Below, in pieces: positions 7,873 through 18,908 of a DNA stretch of 64,000 bases (position 1 is its first letter; every line of letters begins with the position of its first letter). The notes under the pieces are model-generated. The model searched no databases and was not told the origin of the DNA. It was given only the letters and a program-made list of their open reading frames with translations. Source of the stretch: Giardia intestinalis (lineage: Eukaryota); NCBI GenBank assembly GCA_000002435.2, contig CM018790.1, one strand, 5' to 3'. A program made the translations under genes and the position numbers.

Positions 7873-10800
7873 ATGCACACAGCGAGGCGCGTCGGCGAGC
7901 TGCTCAATGTCTTCTACTTGCTAGAGGATCCCCGGAGCGCAGCATATGGCCGCACCTCACCCACTACACTTACTCCACCGGCAGGTATCCAATGCTCCGA
8001 CAGCCAGATCCTCACAAGGGGCATTCTGAACTTCCAGGGCGTCCTGGAGAGGCTCCGCATTGCATGCGACTCTGAATACAGCCTTTACAGCCCCGTCACA
8101 GCTTTGTTGGAAGGCCAGGAGCACTTTCGCCCCCTTGGAGCAAAGCAGCAGGGTTCCCGGTCGGACGCTAGTCACGAGCGGATAGGACGGCCTCCCAGGC
8201 GGACTACTAATTACGTTAGATTTTACGACTGGCATGTCTGCTCCTGCATATTGTCACCGTTAGAATTGAATACTTTCCAGCGAGCTTTACGGGTGCTGCT
8301 GGAGGTCAAGCAGCCAATAAAGATCACATCAGATATAAGTGTCAATCCAGGAGAGTGGATGCACCCCTATGGAAGCAGCAAACCTCTTCACATCATAGCA
8401 AATATGGGTAGACAGCGTTCTTCTGATGCAACACTCTCTCCATTACTCACCCTATCATATCAACAGGATGCATACACAGCGGTAGAAGAGGGTCCAGAGC
8501 CAGTAAAAGCGTCTTCTCTTTTGCCTGCCGTAACTACTTGGTTGAAACATCCTCCAGCACTATCTCAACAGTCATCCCACTCACTAGGTTCGGCAGAAGC
8601 ACTTTCTAATACAGGACTACTCAGTGGCTACTTTATAGGCAGTTTTCTCTCTCAGCCACTACAAAGGAATAAACTACTGAGCACAAGGCAGGCAAATGCA
8701 GGGACAGCTAGCGGTACTGCAGACGCACAATTACAGCCTGCAGAAGATTGCAATAGGATGAGCGGTGATGTATCATTGTATGCCTACGAGCCTCTGTGTA
8801 CTAGTACTTATTCGCAGTTTGGAGAGCCAACGAGTCTATCAGACACGTTTTGCAGACAGCCTTCTGATAACTTTAATCAACCTGATAGTAAGACCGAGGA
8901 GGAGGAGCTCACTCCAGAGCTCTCATCTAGAAACATATGCACATTGCAGACGGCAACTGCCGATGGAATAGCCATATTGGGTGAATATTTTAAGAACGAG
9001 CGGCTTTGGAAACAACAAACAGCGGCTTTCCTAGCTAAACGCGCGGTTATGTCTATCGAGGATAGGCTTCGACAAAGAAATCGCCTAAAGTCTTCCCCTA
9101 AGACCGAAGCTGTCCTCATAGAGCAATTTTGGTCGACCGTTACTAAGGCTATCTCGCTGAGGGCTACAGATGATATAAATAACGAGGAAATTATGTGCCT
9201 TGTGCGCGATTCTGATGATAATTCGCAGAACTATGGGCACAGTAATCACCCACCAGAGATAGAGCACCGAGCTGCAGCTGACAATACTATAGAGCTCTCT
9301 GAGCTGGCTCCGTTTGCAGACCCTCACTCTCCCGTGCCTCCGTTTGAGCCACTGGAGGTTGCTGGGCCCAAACACATAGACTGTGAGTCTCTTTATTGCA
9401 TGGATGGAAACCTTATCCAAGGAGTGGGCGCTATAAGTGCATCTATGCCTGCCAAGCCTACCATGCAAATAGGGTCGGTTGACCATACAGACACGCCTCA
9501 CCTGTGTCCACTTTATCAAAATGTGCGGCAAATATTCAGGCTTTTCAGTGCAGACCTATCTGTGTCTCTTAACCTTTTGCAGATTCTATTCACTAATCTT
9601 ATTCTAAAGTTCCTCACGCTTTCTCAACTGCTGAGTCTTTCTACTTCTACATGCTGGTATCACACTGTCACATTTGTAATAAGAACAGGTCGAATTATGG
9701 CCGTTTCGATCCGTCCTCAACAAGGAAGTAAGTTCTTGTTTAGAGCCAGAAAGACCACACATAGGCAATCCTTTTTACAACTACGGTCCTCCTACAAGTA
9801 CCTTCCAATGGATCTGGCGCTGTTGAATGCCAGCTACCAAGTCCATAAGCAACAAAAGACACCACAGGAAGGCTTTCTGGCTCGCTTAGAGATCACCAGA
9901 GCTGCCGTTTGCCGTTTGCTATACCTGCACCCTTCAGCTCAATACACACCAGAGACCCATTCGATAACACAGCTCTTTATGCTGTCGGACCAAATCTCGG
10001 CACACGGTCTCATTCTAGAAACCCGCTTCTTTATGGAGCATTCACTTCTCTTGAATAACAACACCGAGCTTTCCACGTTAACAGAGGTAGACGTTCTCAT
10101 CAAGTTCTTGACAGAGTACTTGATGTCTGAGCCGCTCTTTGACTTTGGTTCATTTAACTCTGACATCCTATTGTCCGAATACTATCTCAAGCATCAATTA
10201 CCAGGCAAAGAGAGCTGCTCCTTGACTAGTTCACATTCCCGTAGTGCTTATGACAGCACTTTAGTAAAGCCATTAGCACTAGAGCAAGTATCTGAGAAGA
10301 AAGATAACCGAGTGTATGATCAACGGGACCATCTTAACCACGAAGCTGTCATGCTCTATAATCAGCTCTTAAGCATATATAAAGACACACTTCCATTATT
10401 CTTTACCAAAGCGGACGATTCGAAAAGCCTGCCTAAAAGGCAAACCGAGCTAGACATGGTAGTACCCTACCTGTACTACCACCCCAATATTAGGCACCTT
10501 TTGCCATACCAGGCGCACATGCTCCTGGGCGTTTCTGCTTCCTATATTACAGGGAACAATTCCTTTATTATACGTGCGCCGAGAAAGGTTGGTGTACTGC
10601 GGTTTGTTATATCAACGTTTCTAACACGGTCAGCTGCTCTGCAAAATCTCAGGTATGCGTGCGCAGGGATGCATCTTGAGGGTAAGGGTGTTGCAGGCCT
10701 CAAAGTGCCCAATCAGATTGCGCCTTCCGCAACGAAAAAAGACTATAGCTCTGCTTCACTAGACGGCATGCTAAGGAGAGAGCAAGTGCATCTGGTACTT

Positions 10801-13800
10801 TGCGAAGAAGGAAAGGTAGAAGGGTTTGTTAACATGTACATCAGATTGCTCTTCGGAGCGCGTGTGTATGACGTCGTTTCCAGAGAAATGTTTGGCCAAA
10901 ACGTGGACCAATTCTTACTTGATATGAAATCACGGAAGCTTTCGCAAGAGCATACACATGTAGATGATGTATCCTCTGTAGCAGACCATTGCTCGGGGCA
11001 GTCTAGCACATTCTATCCTAGCTCTGTGTCTCCCATCAACTTTATGGATATTCTTGGCCAGAAGATGCTGCTGGATGATATGGAGTCTACTCTTTTTATT
11101 ACTATTCTTTCCTGCAATCCGCATCGGAACAGCGTTCCAGTAGCAGAAATCACGAAAGGTACAGCGTTTGGGCCTCTTAAGCCGCGCTCAAGCAACAGCA
11201 ATGTGTTTAGATGCATGAGTTCGAGCGACTGCAACCCTGCAACTATCAGCTTGCCATATGCACGCCGCTGTGAGGCTTCACACAAGCCTTCTCGTGCGAA
11301 TGACGCGTCTTATTTGGGGATGGAGTTGCTAGACACCAATCCCGTCGACTCAGAACGCCATGTACGGTGTGTATCCTATGTTATTGGGCCTGAAGCCGAA
11401 AACCAAAAGACTATCAGTGTTCCGTCGCGCATTGTGTTCAACCTCTTCGATCAACTGCACGGATTTCAGCAGAGCTCGAACCAGGTAGATCAGCCTACCT
11501 CTATCAAAGTATTTGTAGTAACATACGATGCGTTACATTATAACTATGCCTATACAAATGGACAGATCCTATCTCTTATTAAAGAGGCTAAGCGATTAGA
11601 CACCCTGGTGGTCCACAGGATTAAGGACCATGCACCACATTTGCCAATACACATGTACAAGGCCGATTTCATCGTCAGTGTTGAGAGTGCATATCTTCTC
11701 AACAAGGGTGACGATCTGCGACAAGAGGAGGAGACCAGGAAAAAGTTGCTCCAGCTCCAGAGTGCGCACTCCACAACTCTCACAGATAAGGCCTCTATCA
11801 AGCAGCTACAGACCCACGATAAGCGTGCCACAAGTAGCGTTACAATCTATTCAAGTGCGCCTTCACATGAACGGATTTCGCAGCCATCGTGTACGGGAGA
11901 CCAGACGGTCCTGTCAGAGCAAAACGATCCTTCTCCCCTAGGCACAGACCGGCAAAGTGAGCAGAGCTACATTTTATATGACACAGTTAGTGCGCCCAGC
12001 AGTAGTTTGACGCGTGTGATTGAGGATACCCCTGTGCACCTACTCTTCTTCGATCTCGTAGCTTTAAACTATGAGCCCTCCACTCCTGTGCTCACTAGCA
12101 TCTATGACATGAAACTGCTGGATAAGGTCCTTACTGATCCCGCAATTGCACTACTCTTCTTGGACGCCTCTAAGAAGGGTTCTTGTAGTATCTACCTCCA
12201 CGATATTCACGGCTATGGCCCACAGATCGCTTATCGCTTCCCCAATCTTCAACATATTCCGCTGGTTGTTCCGAGAAGAGACAGACAGTATGTGCAGGAT
12301 CTCTCACCATCAGACTATTTCGCACACTTTCCGCTACATCAGCAAGTGGTCGATGTTTGCAACCCATACTCTTTCGACGTCATTGCACCGAGCAAGCGTG
12401 GTACTACTCTACAATCAGTGACCACGTTCGGTGGCCCATCTTATTCTTACCCTTTATCTTACCCTTTAAGGAATTTCTCATCAAAGTTCAGAACCTCTGA
12501 TCAATCTATTTCAGACGACACACTTAAGCTTGTCACTAAGTTCATTTCATTTGATAGCTTCATAACTGATTTAAATGCAAGCTATAACGCACTTCTTGTT
12601 CAGCACCAGATAGTAACTGCCAAGCACGGAAGCACAAGAACCAGGCACAGTACGAATTTCTGGTCACATATGGGGGCATATATGAATCCCGTGGTTCTCA
12701 CTACTACGATGAATGTTAGCTCGCTAGATAGTGTTGCATCCATTCTTGCACGGTCACACAGTATAGCATTTGGCCGTGGTTCTGAGGGAGCTTGGCTACG
12801 GATGATCGACTCAGATCTATGGGATAGCTATGCGTATCCGCATACATTCAGTAGCATATGTAACAGTATGATACGCCACAATGCTAGGTTTCCTTCAGCA
12901 TATAAAGACTCTTTGGGATCCTCCTTGGATATGACAGTTGTCTCCGATATTCGGCGATCCTTCCCCGAGAAGTATCTCAATGCTATGATATCTCACCTGG
13001 AGCATTTACAGCAGCTTTGGGTGCGTACAGATGGAAGTCTTTTTCTCATTCCTGCAGCACCGCGGGCAGCTCCACGCTCCAGCGTGCTTAGCAATTATCC
13101 ATCCGATCAGTCAACAGCACAGACCCTTTCTCACAACATGTCTATCCCCTTTTCTGTCTATGACAAGCTCTTTATAGATTTCCAAAAGACCGTAGAGACA
13201 AATCACAATCAGAAATCTCTCTGTTTTGTTTCGTCTGGAGACTCATGGAGCAACATCTCACGTTCTGTAGTGTATCAAACGCGGTCTATTTCACTCCTAG
13301 TTGCGATAGAGCTTATTGACATCTTCAAGCGCCTCCTGTATAGGCAGACACCACATGGTAAGCTCAACAATCATACGCCTAACCCCATGCTTCAAGCCAG
13401 CTTTGAGGCAGGATCTTTTTCTGCAAAGGATCGAGTAAGCAAACCTGTGCTTGATATGCTTGCGAGTCAGTTGAATGAAACGCTTGTCAGGATCGAGACG
13501 ACTGCCAAAAGTCTGCTCTTCTCTGCATATCATTCGTATCACACGAGCATGTGCTGTACCACGCAGCAACTCACATGCCTCCAGCCAATGGCTAAGCTTG
13601 AGAAGATGGACCGATTGCCGAACTTAGTGGTTTTCTCATTACTGAATACAATTCGGCTTACGATCATCCTTCCCCGCTACACGCAATTGGTGTGTGCTCA
13701 AGCCAGGCCAAAATTGTATGGTGATCCATGCATCTGTCCGCACGCTACCAGTACGTTTGCTCGCATCAAGAATAAGCTGTCCTATGCAGTGGAGCTGAAG

Positions 13801-16800
13801 AACAAAGCAACTTACGTGTTTAAGATACCGTTTAAGACGCAAATTCAGCCGAAATACCTCAGCATGCTCCACAAGCGCCCCCTTCTACAGCACCTGTATC
13901 AATTAGATAATCAAAACACACGCAACTTACACGATAATTTCTTTAATCGCATAGACTTTTCCTCAATGCGGTCCAGGATTGAGGCCAACAACAATAGCAT
14001 ATCGCAATATGTAGGCTCTCTTCTATTTTTCTACAGAATGTTACTGAGTATAGATGCCAATATTAGTAGCAGCACCACAAGTCGAGACACTCAGTTCGTA
14101 GTGGCTTTTCCGTTCGCTCATAACTTTTATTCGTCTGTGACCATGCAGCTTTTAGGATCTGCCCCAAGCGGCCACATGCTCGATAGTTTTGGCTGCCTCC
14201 TTCCCTTGAAGCTGGTCACTTACAGCGCAACTCAACATCCTATCTATTCAATAACTCGCGAAGACAAATTAGTTGGGGGCTTTTTAATCGCCTCGTCAAC
14301 CCCCAATGACATCAGTCTCTACTCCATCAACTGTGGTGCTAGTGCTATAAGTAGGGGGAAAGACTCCACTGTACCAGACAATCCACCTTCGTTACTCTCT
14401 GCTTTCCTTAATGAAATCAATCCCTCAGAAGAGGATACTAACGTGGAGTTACTGTCATCTATGCTGGTCATGTGTGGTAGGCTGTGCTGTGCTACGTGTC
14501 CCTTATCCTCTATGATGTATAAAATCCTTGCAAATAGTACAAGTGGAGTGCTTGCGTCTGCCGTGAACCTGATAAGGCTTCTTACCCAGGAAATCCATAC
14601 ACTGAATGTCATATACACCGAAACCCCCGTAATAGTTGCCGTATGCTTTGCTATACGACGGCTTTTCATCGAGTTTGGCCTATATGGCAAGAGGCATAAG
14701 CCGACAGCAGAAATAATAAAGCAATCCTATCGCAAGTACAGACAGGAAGCGCATAAATATAAGTTCGGCGATGACCATGCCACGCTTTGCCCTATGTCCC
14801 TACAGAGATTGAATAACGTAACATTGGCGTCTGCCATGTCGAACGCGAACAAAAGTGCATCCAATGTCAACAGCAGTCCGCCACTTTCCAATGATAGTCC
14901 CCGTGGTTCCAATTGCTTTAATGTCCGCTATACTGACGCTTCACAGTCATCCAACGAAAATCAACGAAGCAAACAGACAATTAATGGATGTCTACCCTAT
15001 AAAAAAGAAAATTCCTACAATAGAGTGCCACTTTCACCCCCAGAATCTTCTATAGCAAGAGAGCTCATCGAAAATAAGGGTGTAGCTGACAGGCATACAC
15101 CGTCAAGGGTCCTCTACATATCCACCAAGGAGCCACCTAGAAAGCGCGGGATTGCCTCAAAGGCAGATGAATTAGGACAGATTACCGCAAGTATTCGGTC
15201 AGAGATATCTGCCGTCGACGCTGCAGAACGTGCAAACGAGCCCTCGGAGGGCTCCAACGATCTTTCAGAGTTTTGCCAGAGCACACAACCAGAGTATGCT
15301 TCTAAGTGTACCACCAGCTTGCTGTATTCAAGGGAGCAGGGGGTCACCGGGGCCCCCACTGATGGAGTGGGAAACATGTCTGCGCTACTAAAATCCCACA
15401 CTGAAGAAAGGATCAGCAAGCCATACACCCTGTACCACGATAACTCGGATGACAATGAGCACGACATCGATGATGCTTTCCTTAGGACTATGGGCTTTAA
15501 CTTTATCTTAGTGCTGGTAAGTACCCAAGACACCTTACAGATGCTTGGGGCAATCATGGGTTTCTCATTGGGAGATTGCAACGCTAACATCATCATACCA
15601 AAGAGTAACGAGGTCTTAGCATACATCACGCCTACTACATCTGCTGCAACAACGGTATCTTCCATAGGCAGGAAGAACTTAGCCTACATAGGTCTATCGG
15701 AATTATCCATTCAATCAAAGAAAAGCTGCTACGATAACAATATAAAGACTACTACTGAGGCCCAGGAACCGATACTACGAAACCTTGCAAACGAAGAAGG
15801 AAAGTGTATTGTTCTCCAGACAGTGGCAGACTTCATTGACAGCGTCGAGCGCTTTAGAGACGCTCAGCGAATCCACCTATTTGCGATGCCATGCGTCCAA
15901 AATATATTAATAGTAGAAGCTATTCATCGGGCGAATATGGCCGAGAAGATCATATGCTGGTCAAGTCCGCCTTTGTACAGAGCTTTTGATCACTTATTGG
16001 CGGACGTTGCAATAAGTGCTGAGCTTCTAGAGAGGTTGAGACCCGTCGGCATGCCCTTTCAGGATGATATTACGTCACTTCCTGAAGAGCTTCAATACAC
16101 TATCCTGAATCAAGCAGGAAACAGGCCGCTGCAGCAGCTCCTAGTATCAATCGTGGGACTGATAAAAGAATTTGGTTATAACATATCCCGCTTTTCTATT
16201 TTCGATGACGACCCAGCACGATTTGCGATGCCCAAGTTCGACTCTTCTATGGAGCAAGAGTCTCTTAGCACCGAGTCGCAGATTGATGCAGAGAAGATGT
16301 CAGATGAATTTCCTAACAACGGCAGGCATGACGCTGAGATTACAGAATGTGACCCCCAGCCTACTACAGAATATACCTGCAGAACAGAGCCGCCCGAATA
16401 TTCGTTTGTGCTAGATTGTAATCATAAAAATAATAGACATACAAGCGTCCTTCAGAGGTGTGTCAAGCATGCTATTCGTGAGAAATTTCAAGAGGGCTTT
16501 TCTGTGGGGCCAAACGCGGAAGATTTTGATATTCGGCACAGCCTAGAACCACTTGGTGTAGAAGGCATACAACACCCAGAATACAATTCGGTAGAAAAAG
16601 ATCACGGACAGACAGACGGATCCATCATGCTACATGAGACGCTTGCTGCACTGTCGTCACTGCGTGGTGCATACTCTCAGCTCACATTTCCGCTTCGTAG
16701 TGACATGTACCAGATGGATTTGAGTTGCTGCCCACTAAATATAGTGAAGCTGCTATCACAGGGGGTGTTTTTAAGCAAGCATAGCAATGTAAGTCATTTT

Positions 16801-18702
16801 GACGCCTTTGTCTCATCTTCATGTGCAGGGAAGATGCTAGACTTGAGTGGAGTCAGCGGGACTGGGGGAGCCAATGCCCCGGGAGCTTCGAAATTCCGCC
16901 TCACAAACTTAATAGCTAACATTCTGAGTAACAATCCAAATATTAAAGCGTCTCAAGTATCGAGGGACAACGTCCTTCTAGCCGTACATAGCACTTCTTC
17001 CCTGCCTTCCCTGTCTATAGATGCGTCACTAAACAACCACCCACCCATAATTAATCTCAAGAAGATTGAAAGCTTCTATCCAGTTCGTCTTCATTGTGGT
17101 TCCAACGGCTCAATTACAGAAATTCATGCAGTTACTCCAGAGAACTTAATAGTTACCCATAACAAAGCAGCATCTTACGCCACACGCATGTCCGTTCCAA
17201 TTCCTGCTCTTGCTCCTGATTCACGTATAAATACTATCAGGGGGAGCACCTCAGCCTCTTGCGAAACGGTCAATACCTTAATCAAGCACATTGACAGTAT
17301 AAGCAGAGCCATTATCATAGCGCCTTCTTTATCGGACAAGCTCAAGGTATGTACCATACGTCCATATAAAAGGATAAACCCAGTCACTGTCCTGGGAAGA
17401 GAGCTCAAGCGTACGTTCTACTCGTTATTAGAGGGTGAGGAAAACACCTTCCTTTCCATCGACTTCCCAGAGAGTCAGGTCACGCGCATCTCCCTGTCCC
17501 CAATATCGTCTGCTTCTAGCTTCAAGCGAAACTTAATACCTTTCTGTGAGCGCCAGCTGGTGTATGAAGACCTGCACCCGTCCGACTCTACCCCCTTCAA
17601 GCACCAGCTAATACCGGATAAACCCACAATGAACCTGAATCAGTTTGTGTGGAAGCGGCAGCTTGTGACCAATCTTCTATCAGTATACTCTTCGCACGAG
17701 GTTATTATTAAGAGTCTGCAGCTCCAGTGTAGGATGGCTGAGTATGCTGCGAGATCAGGACCCTCTTCGAACCAAATGAATCAGGAGTATACGAATGCTT
17801 ATCAGCAGATGTACACAATCATACACACGATAGCTTATTCCATCAACGACTCGTTCTCATATCGCTTGCATATTAACAACCAAATATGTAACCACCTAAT
17901 TATGCGGTACAACGAAGTGAGTAAGCTATTGAGAGCCCAGCCGTTACTAAAGAATTCTGCGGAAGCCGTTATATCCATGAGTATAGCGCGAGAAAACAAC
18001 GTGAAGACACTCTATCAATCATTTAAAAACGCCGTTCCCCACCTGCTTTTAACTTCATTCGATAAGAAGGTTATACTGTATCTTCTTAAGCATAGGAAGG
18101 CAAAGTATCCCGAGACGATAGAGATAACCCTCAACCAATACCTTCGTGATAAGTACGCTCCAAGGCTTCCGCCCAATCTGTGCAACAGGGAAGCAGCGGT
18201 ACAGTATATTATAGCCCAAAAGTGGAGTGACACATCCTCTAACCATCTAGTTGAGCACCTGAAAATTAAGATTTTGGCACGAATTGATGAGCTGATAGCT
18301 AACAATATGGACACCGAAGAGGCAGAGCGGAGCCTAATACAGCTGCTTCTATATAATCTCAACTGCAATCACATACTGAGCGGAACATTCAGTGGAATAT
18401 TTAACAATTGCACCACGGTGCAGCACGCAGAAGCAACGGTCAATCTCGCCGCTTCTAACTTTGGGTACAGCACCTTCAAGAGACAAGATATTGCACCCTT
18501 GCCCAAAGAGTACTGTCTAACCATCACTGCTAACCGCTGCACCCCTTCTACCCAACAAACAACCCACGATCTGCCACCTGAACCAAGGCACTTTTCTCTC
18601 AAGAAGGACAACCCCCTGGGCCTATGTTCTGCAGAGGAATATTCTCCTGAGATATATGAACCCCCAGAGTCGTATGCTCAATGCTGGAAGCCCCTTTGGT
18701 GA
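7873..18702 (+). CDS. Giant hypothetical protein of about 3610 aa with no recognisable domain.
   Basis: The track ORF 7747..18702 starts at GTG and overlaps the SDR gene on the opposite strand. The first ATG is at 7873 (MHTARRVGELL). It is uninterrupted for 10.8 kb with low-complexity segments. AGTAAAT lies 5 nt after the stop. Confidence 0.6.
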   Translation: MHTARRVGELLNVFYLLEDPRSAAYGRTSPTTLTPPAGIQCSDSQILTRGILNFQGVLERLRIACDSEYSLYSPVTALLEGQEHFRPLGAKQQGSRSDASHERIGRPPRRTTNYVRFYDWHVCSCILSPLELNTFQRALRVLLEVKQPIKITSDISVNPGEWMHPYGSSKPLHIIANMGRQRSSDATLSPLLTLSYQQDAYTAVEEGPEPVKASSLLPAVTTWLKHPPALSQQSSHSLGSAEALSNTGLLSGYFIGSFLSQPLQRNKLLSTRQANAGTASGTADAQLQPAEDCNRMSGDVSLYAYEPLCTSTYSQFGEPTSLSDTFCRQPSDNFNQPDSKTEEEELTPELSSRNICTLQTATADGIAILGEYFKNERLWKQQTAAFLAKRAVMSIEDRLRQRNRLKSSPKTEAVLIEQFWSTVTKAISLRATDDINNEEIMCLVRDSDDNSQNYGHSNHPPEIEHRAAADNTIELSELAPFADPHSPVPPFEPLEVAGPKHIDCESLYCMDGNLIQGVGAISASMPAKPTMQIGSVDHTDTPHLCPLYQNVRQIFRLFSADLSVSLNLLQILFTNLILKFLTLSQLLSLSTSTCWYHTVTFVIRTGRIMAVSIRPQQGSKFLFRARKTTHRQSFLQLRSSYKYLPMDLALLNASYQVHKQQKTPQEGFLARLEITRAAVCRLLYLHPSAQYTPETHSITQLFMLSDQISAHGLILETRFFMEHSLLLNNNTELSTLTEVDVLIKFLTEYLMSEPLFDFGSFNSDILLSEYYLKHQLPGKESCSLTSSHSRSAYDSTLVKPLALEQVSEKKDNRVYDQRDHLNHEAVMLYNQLLSIYKDTLPLFFTKADDSKSLPKRQTELDMVVPYLYYHPNIRHLLPYQAHMLLGVSASYITGNNSFIIRAPRKVGVLRFVISTFLTRSAALQNLRYACAGMHLEGKGVAGLKVPNQIAPSATKKDYSSASLDGMLRREQVHLVLCEEGKVEGFVNMYIRLLFGARVYDVVSREMFGQNVDQFLLDMKSRKLSQEHTHVDDVSSVADHCSGQSSTFYPSSVSPINFMDILGQKMLLDDMESTLFITILSCNPHRNSVPVAEITKGTAFGPLKPRSSNSNVFRCMSSSDCNPATISLPYARRCEASHKPSRANDASYLGMELLDTNPVDSERHVRCVSYVIGPEAENQKTISVPSRIVFNLFDQLHGFQQSSNQVDQPTSIKVFVVTYDALHYNYAYTNGQILSLIKEAKRLDTLVVHRIKDHAPHLPIHMYKADFIVSVESAYLLNKGDDLRQEEETRKKLLQLQSAHSTTLTDKASIKQLQTHDKRATSSVTIYSSAPSHERISQPSCTGDQTVLSEQNDPSPLGTDRQSEQSYILYDTVSAPSSSLTRVIEDTPVHLLFFDLVALNYEPSTPVLTSIYDMKLLDKVLTDPAIALLFLDASKKGSCSIYLHDIHGYGPQIAYRFPNLQHIPLVVPRRDRQYVQDLSPSDYFAHFPLHQQVVDVCNPYSFDVIAPSKRGTTLQSVTTFGGPSYSYPLSYPLRNFSSKFRTSDQSISDDTLKLVTKFISFDSFITDLNASYNALLVQHQIVTAKHGSTRTRHSTNFWSHMGAYMNPVVLTTTMNVSSLDSVASILARSHSIAFGRGSEGAWLRMIDSDLWDSYAYPHTFSSICNSMIRHNARFPSAYKDSLGSSLDMTVVSDIRRSFPEKYLNAMISHLEHLQQLWVRTDGSLFLIPAAPRAAPRSSVLSNYPSDQSTAQTLSHNMSIPFSVYDKLFIDFQKTVETNHNQKSLCFVSSGDSWSNISRSVVYQTRSISLLVAIELIDIFKRLLYRQTPHGKLNNHTPNPMLQASFEAGSFSAKDRVSKPVLDMLASQLNETLVRIETTAKSLLFSAYHSYHTSMCCTTQQLTCLQPMAKLEKMDRLPNLVVFSLLNTIRLTIILPRYTQLVCAQARPKLYGDPCICPHATSTFARIKNKLSYAVELKNKATYVFKIPFKTQIQPKYLSMLHKRPLLQHLYQLDNQNTRNLHDNFFNRIDFSSMRSRIEANNNSISQYVGSLLFFYRMLLSIDANISSSTTSRDTQFVVAFPFAHNFYSSVTMQLLGSAPSGHMLDSFGCLLPLKLVTYSATQHPIYSITREDKLVGGFLIASSTPNDISLYSINCGASAISRGKDSTVPDNPPSLLSAFLNEINPSEEDTNVELLSSMLVMCGRLCCATCPLSSMMYKILANSTSGVLASAVNLIRLLTQEIHTLNVIYTETPVIVAVCFAIRRLFIEFGLYGKRHKPTAEIIKQSYRKYRQEAHKYKFGDDHATLCPMSLQRLNNVTLASAMSNANKSASNVNSSPPLSNDSPRGSNCFNVRYTDASQSSNENQRSKQTINGCLPYKKENSYNRVPLSPPESSIARELIENKGVADRHTPSRVLYISTKEPPRKRGIASKADELGQITASIRSEISAVDAAERANEPSEGSNDLSEFCQSTQPEYASKCTTSLLYSREQGVTGAPTDGVGNMSALLKSHTEERISKPYTLYHDNSDDNEHDIDDAFLRTMGFNFILVLVSTQDTLQMLGAIMGFSLGDCNANIIIPKSNEVLAYITPTTSAATTVSSIGRKNLAYIGLSELSIQSKKSCYDNNIKTTTEAQEPILRNLANEEGKCIVLQTVADFIDSVERFRDAQRIHLFAMPCVQNILIVEAIHRANMAEKIICWSSPPLYRAFDHLLADVAISAELLERLRPVGMPFQDDITSLPEELQYTILNQAGNRPLQQLLVSIVGLIKEFGYNISRFSIFDDDPARFAMPKFDSSMEQESLSTESQIDAEKMSDEFPNNGRHDAEITECDPQPTTEYTCRTEPPEYSFVLDCNHKNNRHTSVLQRCVKHAIREKFQEGFSVGPNAEDFDIRHSLEPLGVEGIQHPEYNSVEKDHGQTDGSIMLHETLAALSSLRGAYSQLTFPLRSDMYQMDLSCCPLNIVKLLSQGVFLSKHSNVSHFDAFVSSSCAGKMLDLSGVSGTGGANAPGASKFRLTNLIANILSNNPNIKASQVSRDNVLLAVHSTSSLPSLSIDASLNNHPPIINLKKIESFYPVRLHCGSNGSITEIHAVTPENLIVTHNKAASYATRMSVPIPALAPDSRINTIRGSTSASCETVNTLIKHIDSISRAIIIAPSLSDKLKVCTIRPYKRINPVTVLGRELKRTFYSLLEGEENTFLSIDFPESQVTRISLSPISSASSFKRNLIPFCERQLVYEDLHPSDSTPFKHQLIPDKPTMNLNQFVWKRQLVTNLLSVYSSHEVIIKSLQLQCRMAEYAARSGPSSNQMNQEYTNAYQQMYTIIHTIAYSINDSFSYRLHINNQICNHLIMRYNEVSKLLRAQPLLKNSAEAVISMSIARENNVKTLYQSFKNAVPHLLLTSFDKKVILYLLKHRKAKYPETIEITLNQYLRDKYAPRLPPNLCNREAAVQYIIAQKWSDTSSNHLVEHLKIKILARIDELIANNMDTEEAERSLIQLLLYNLNCNHILSGTFSGIFNNCTTVQHAEATVNLAASNFGYSTFKRQDIAPLPKEYCLTITANRCTPSTQQTTHDLPPEPRHFSLKKDNPLGLCSAEEYSPEIYEPPESYAQCWKPLW

Positions 18703-18706
18703 ATCC

Positions 18707-18713
18707 AGTAAAT
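18707..18713 (+). terminator. Putative poly(A) signal AGTAAAT (AGTRAAY class) 5 nt after the stop of the 3610-aa gene.
   Basis: Motif read directly; this class of motif is the known Giardia polyadenylation signal. Confidence 0.4.
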
Positions 18714-18908
18714 TTAAAATGAAGCACCTTCGGTCTGACACCCCACAGTCGAGGATAACAAAGGCATAGACGCTTGCCAAAGAACCTCCGCATAAATCTG
18801 AAGGTATCCACTTCTCTACTAGCTCTACTACCCTAACCCTCTTAGTCTACATTCAACATGAAGGTCAACTAGGGATACGAAGGCACGTTTCCTCAGCAAA
18901 TTAAATAT

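Noticed and set aside
15114-15665. 183-aa minus-strand ORF inside the 3610-aa gene.
   Set aside because: It is embedded antisense in a much longer continuous ORF with no domain signal. It is most likely a chance open frame.
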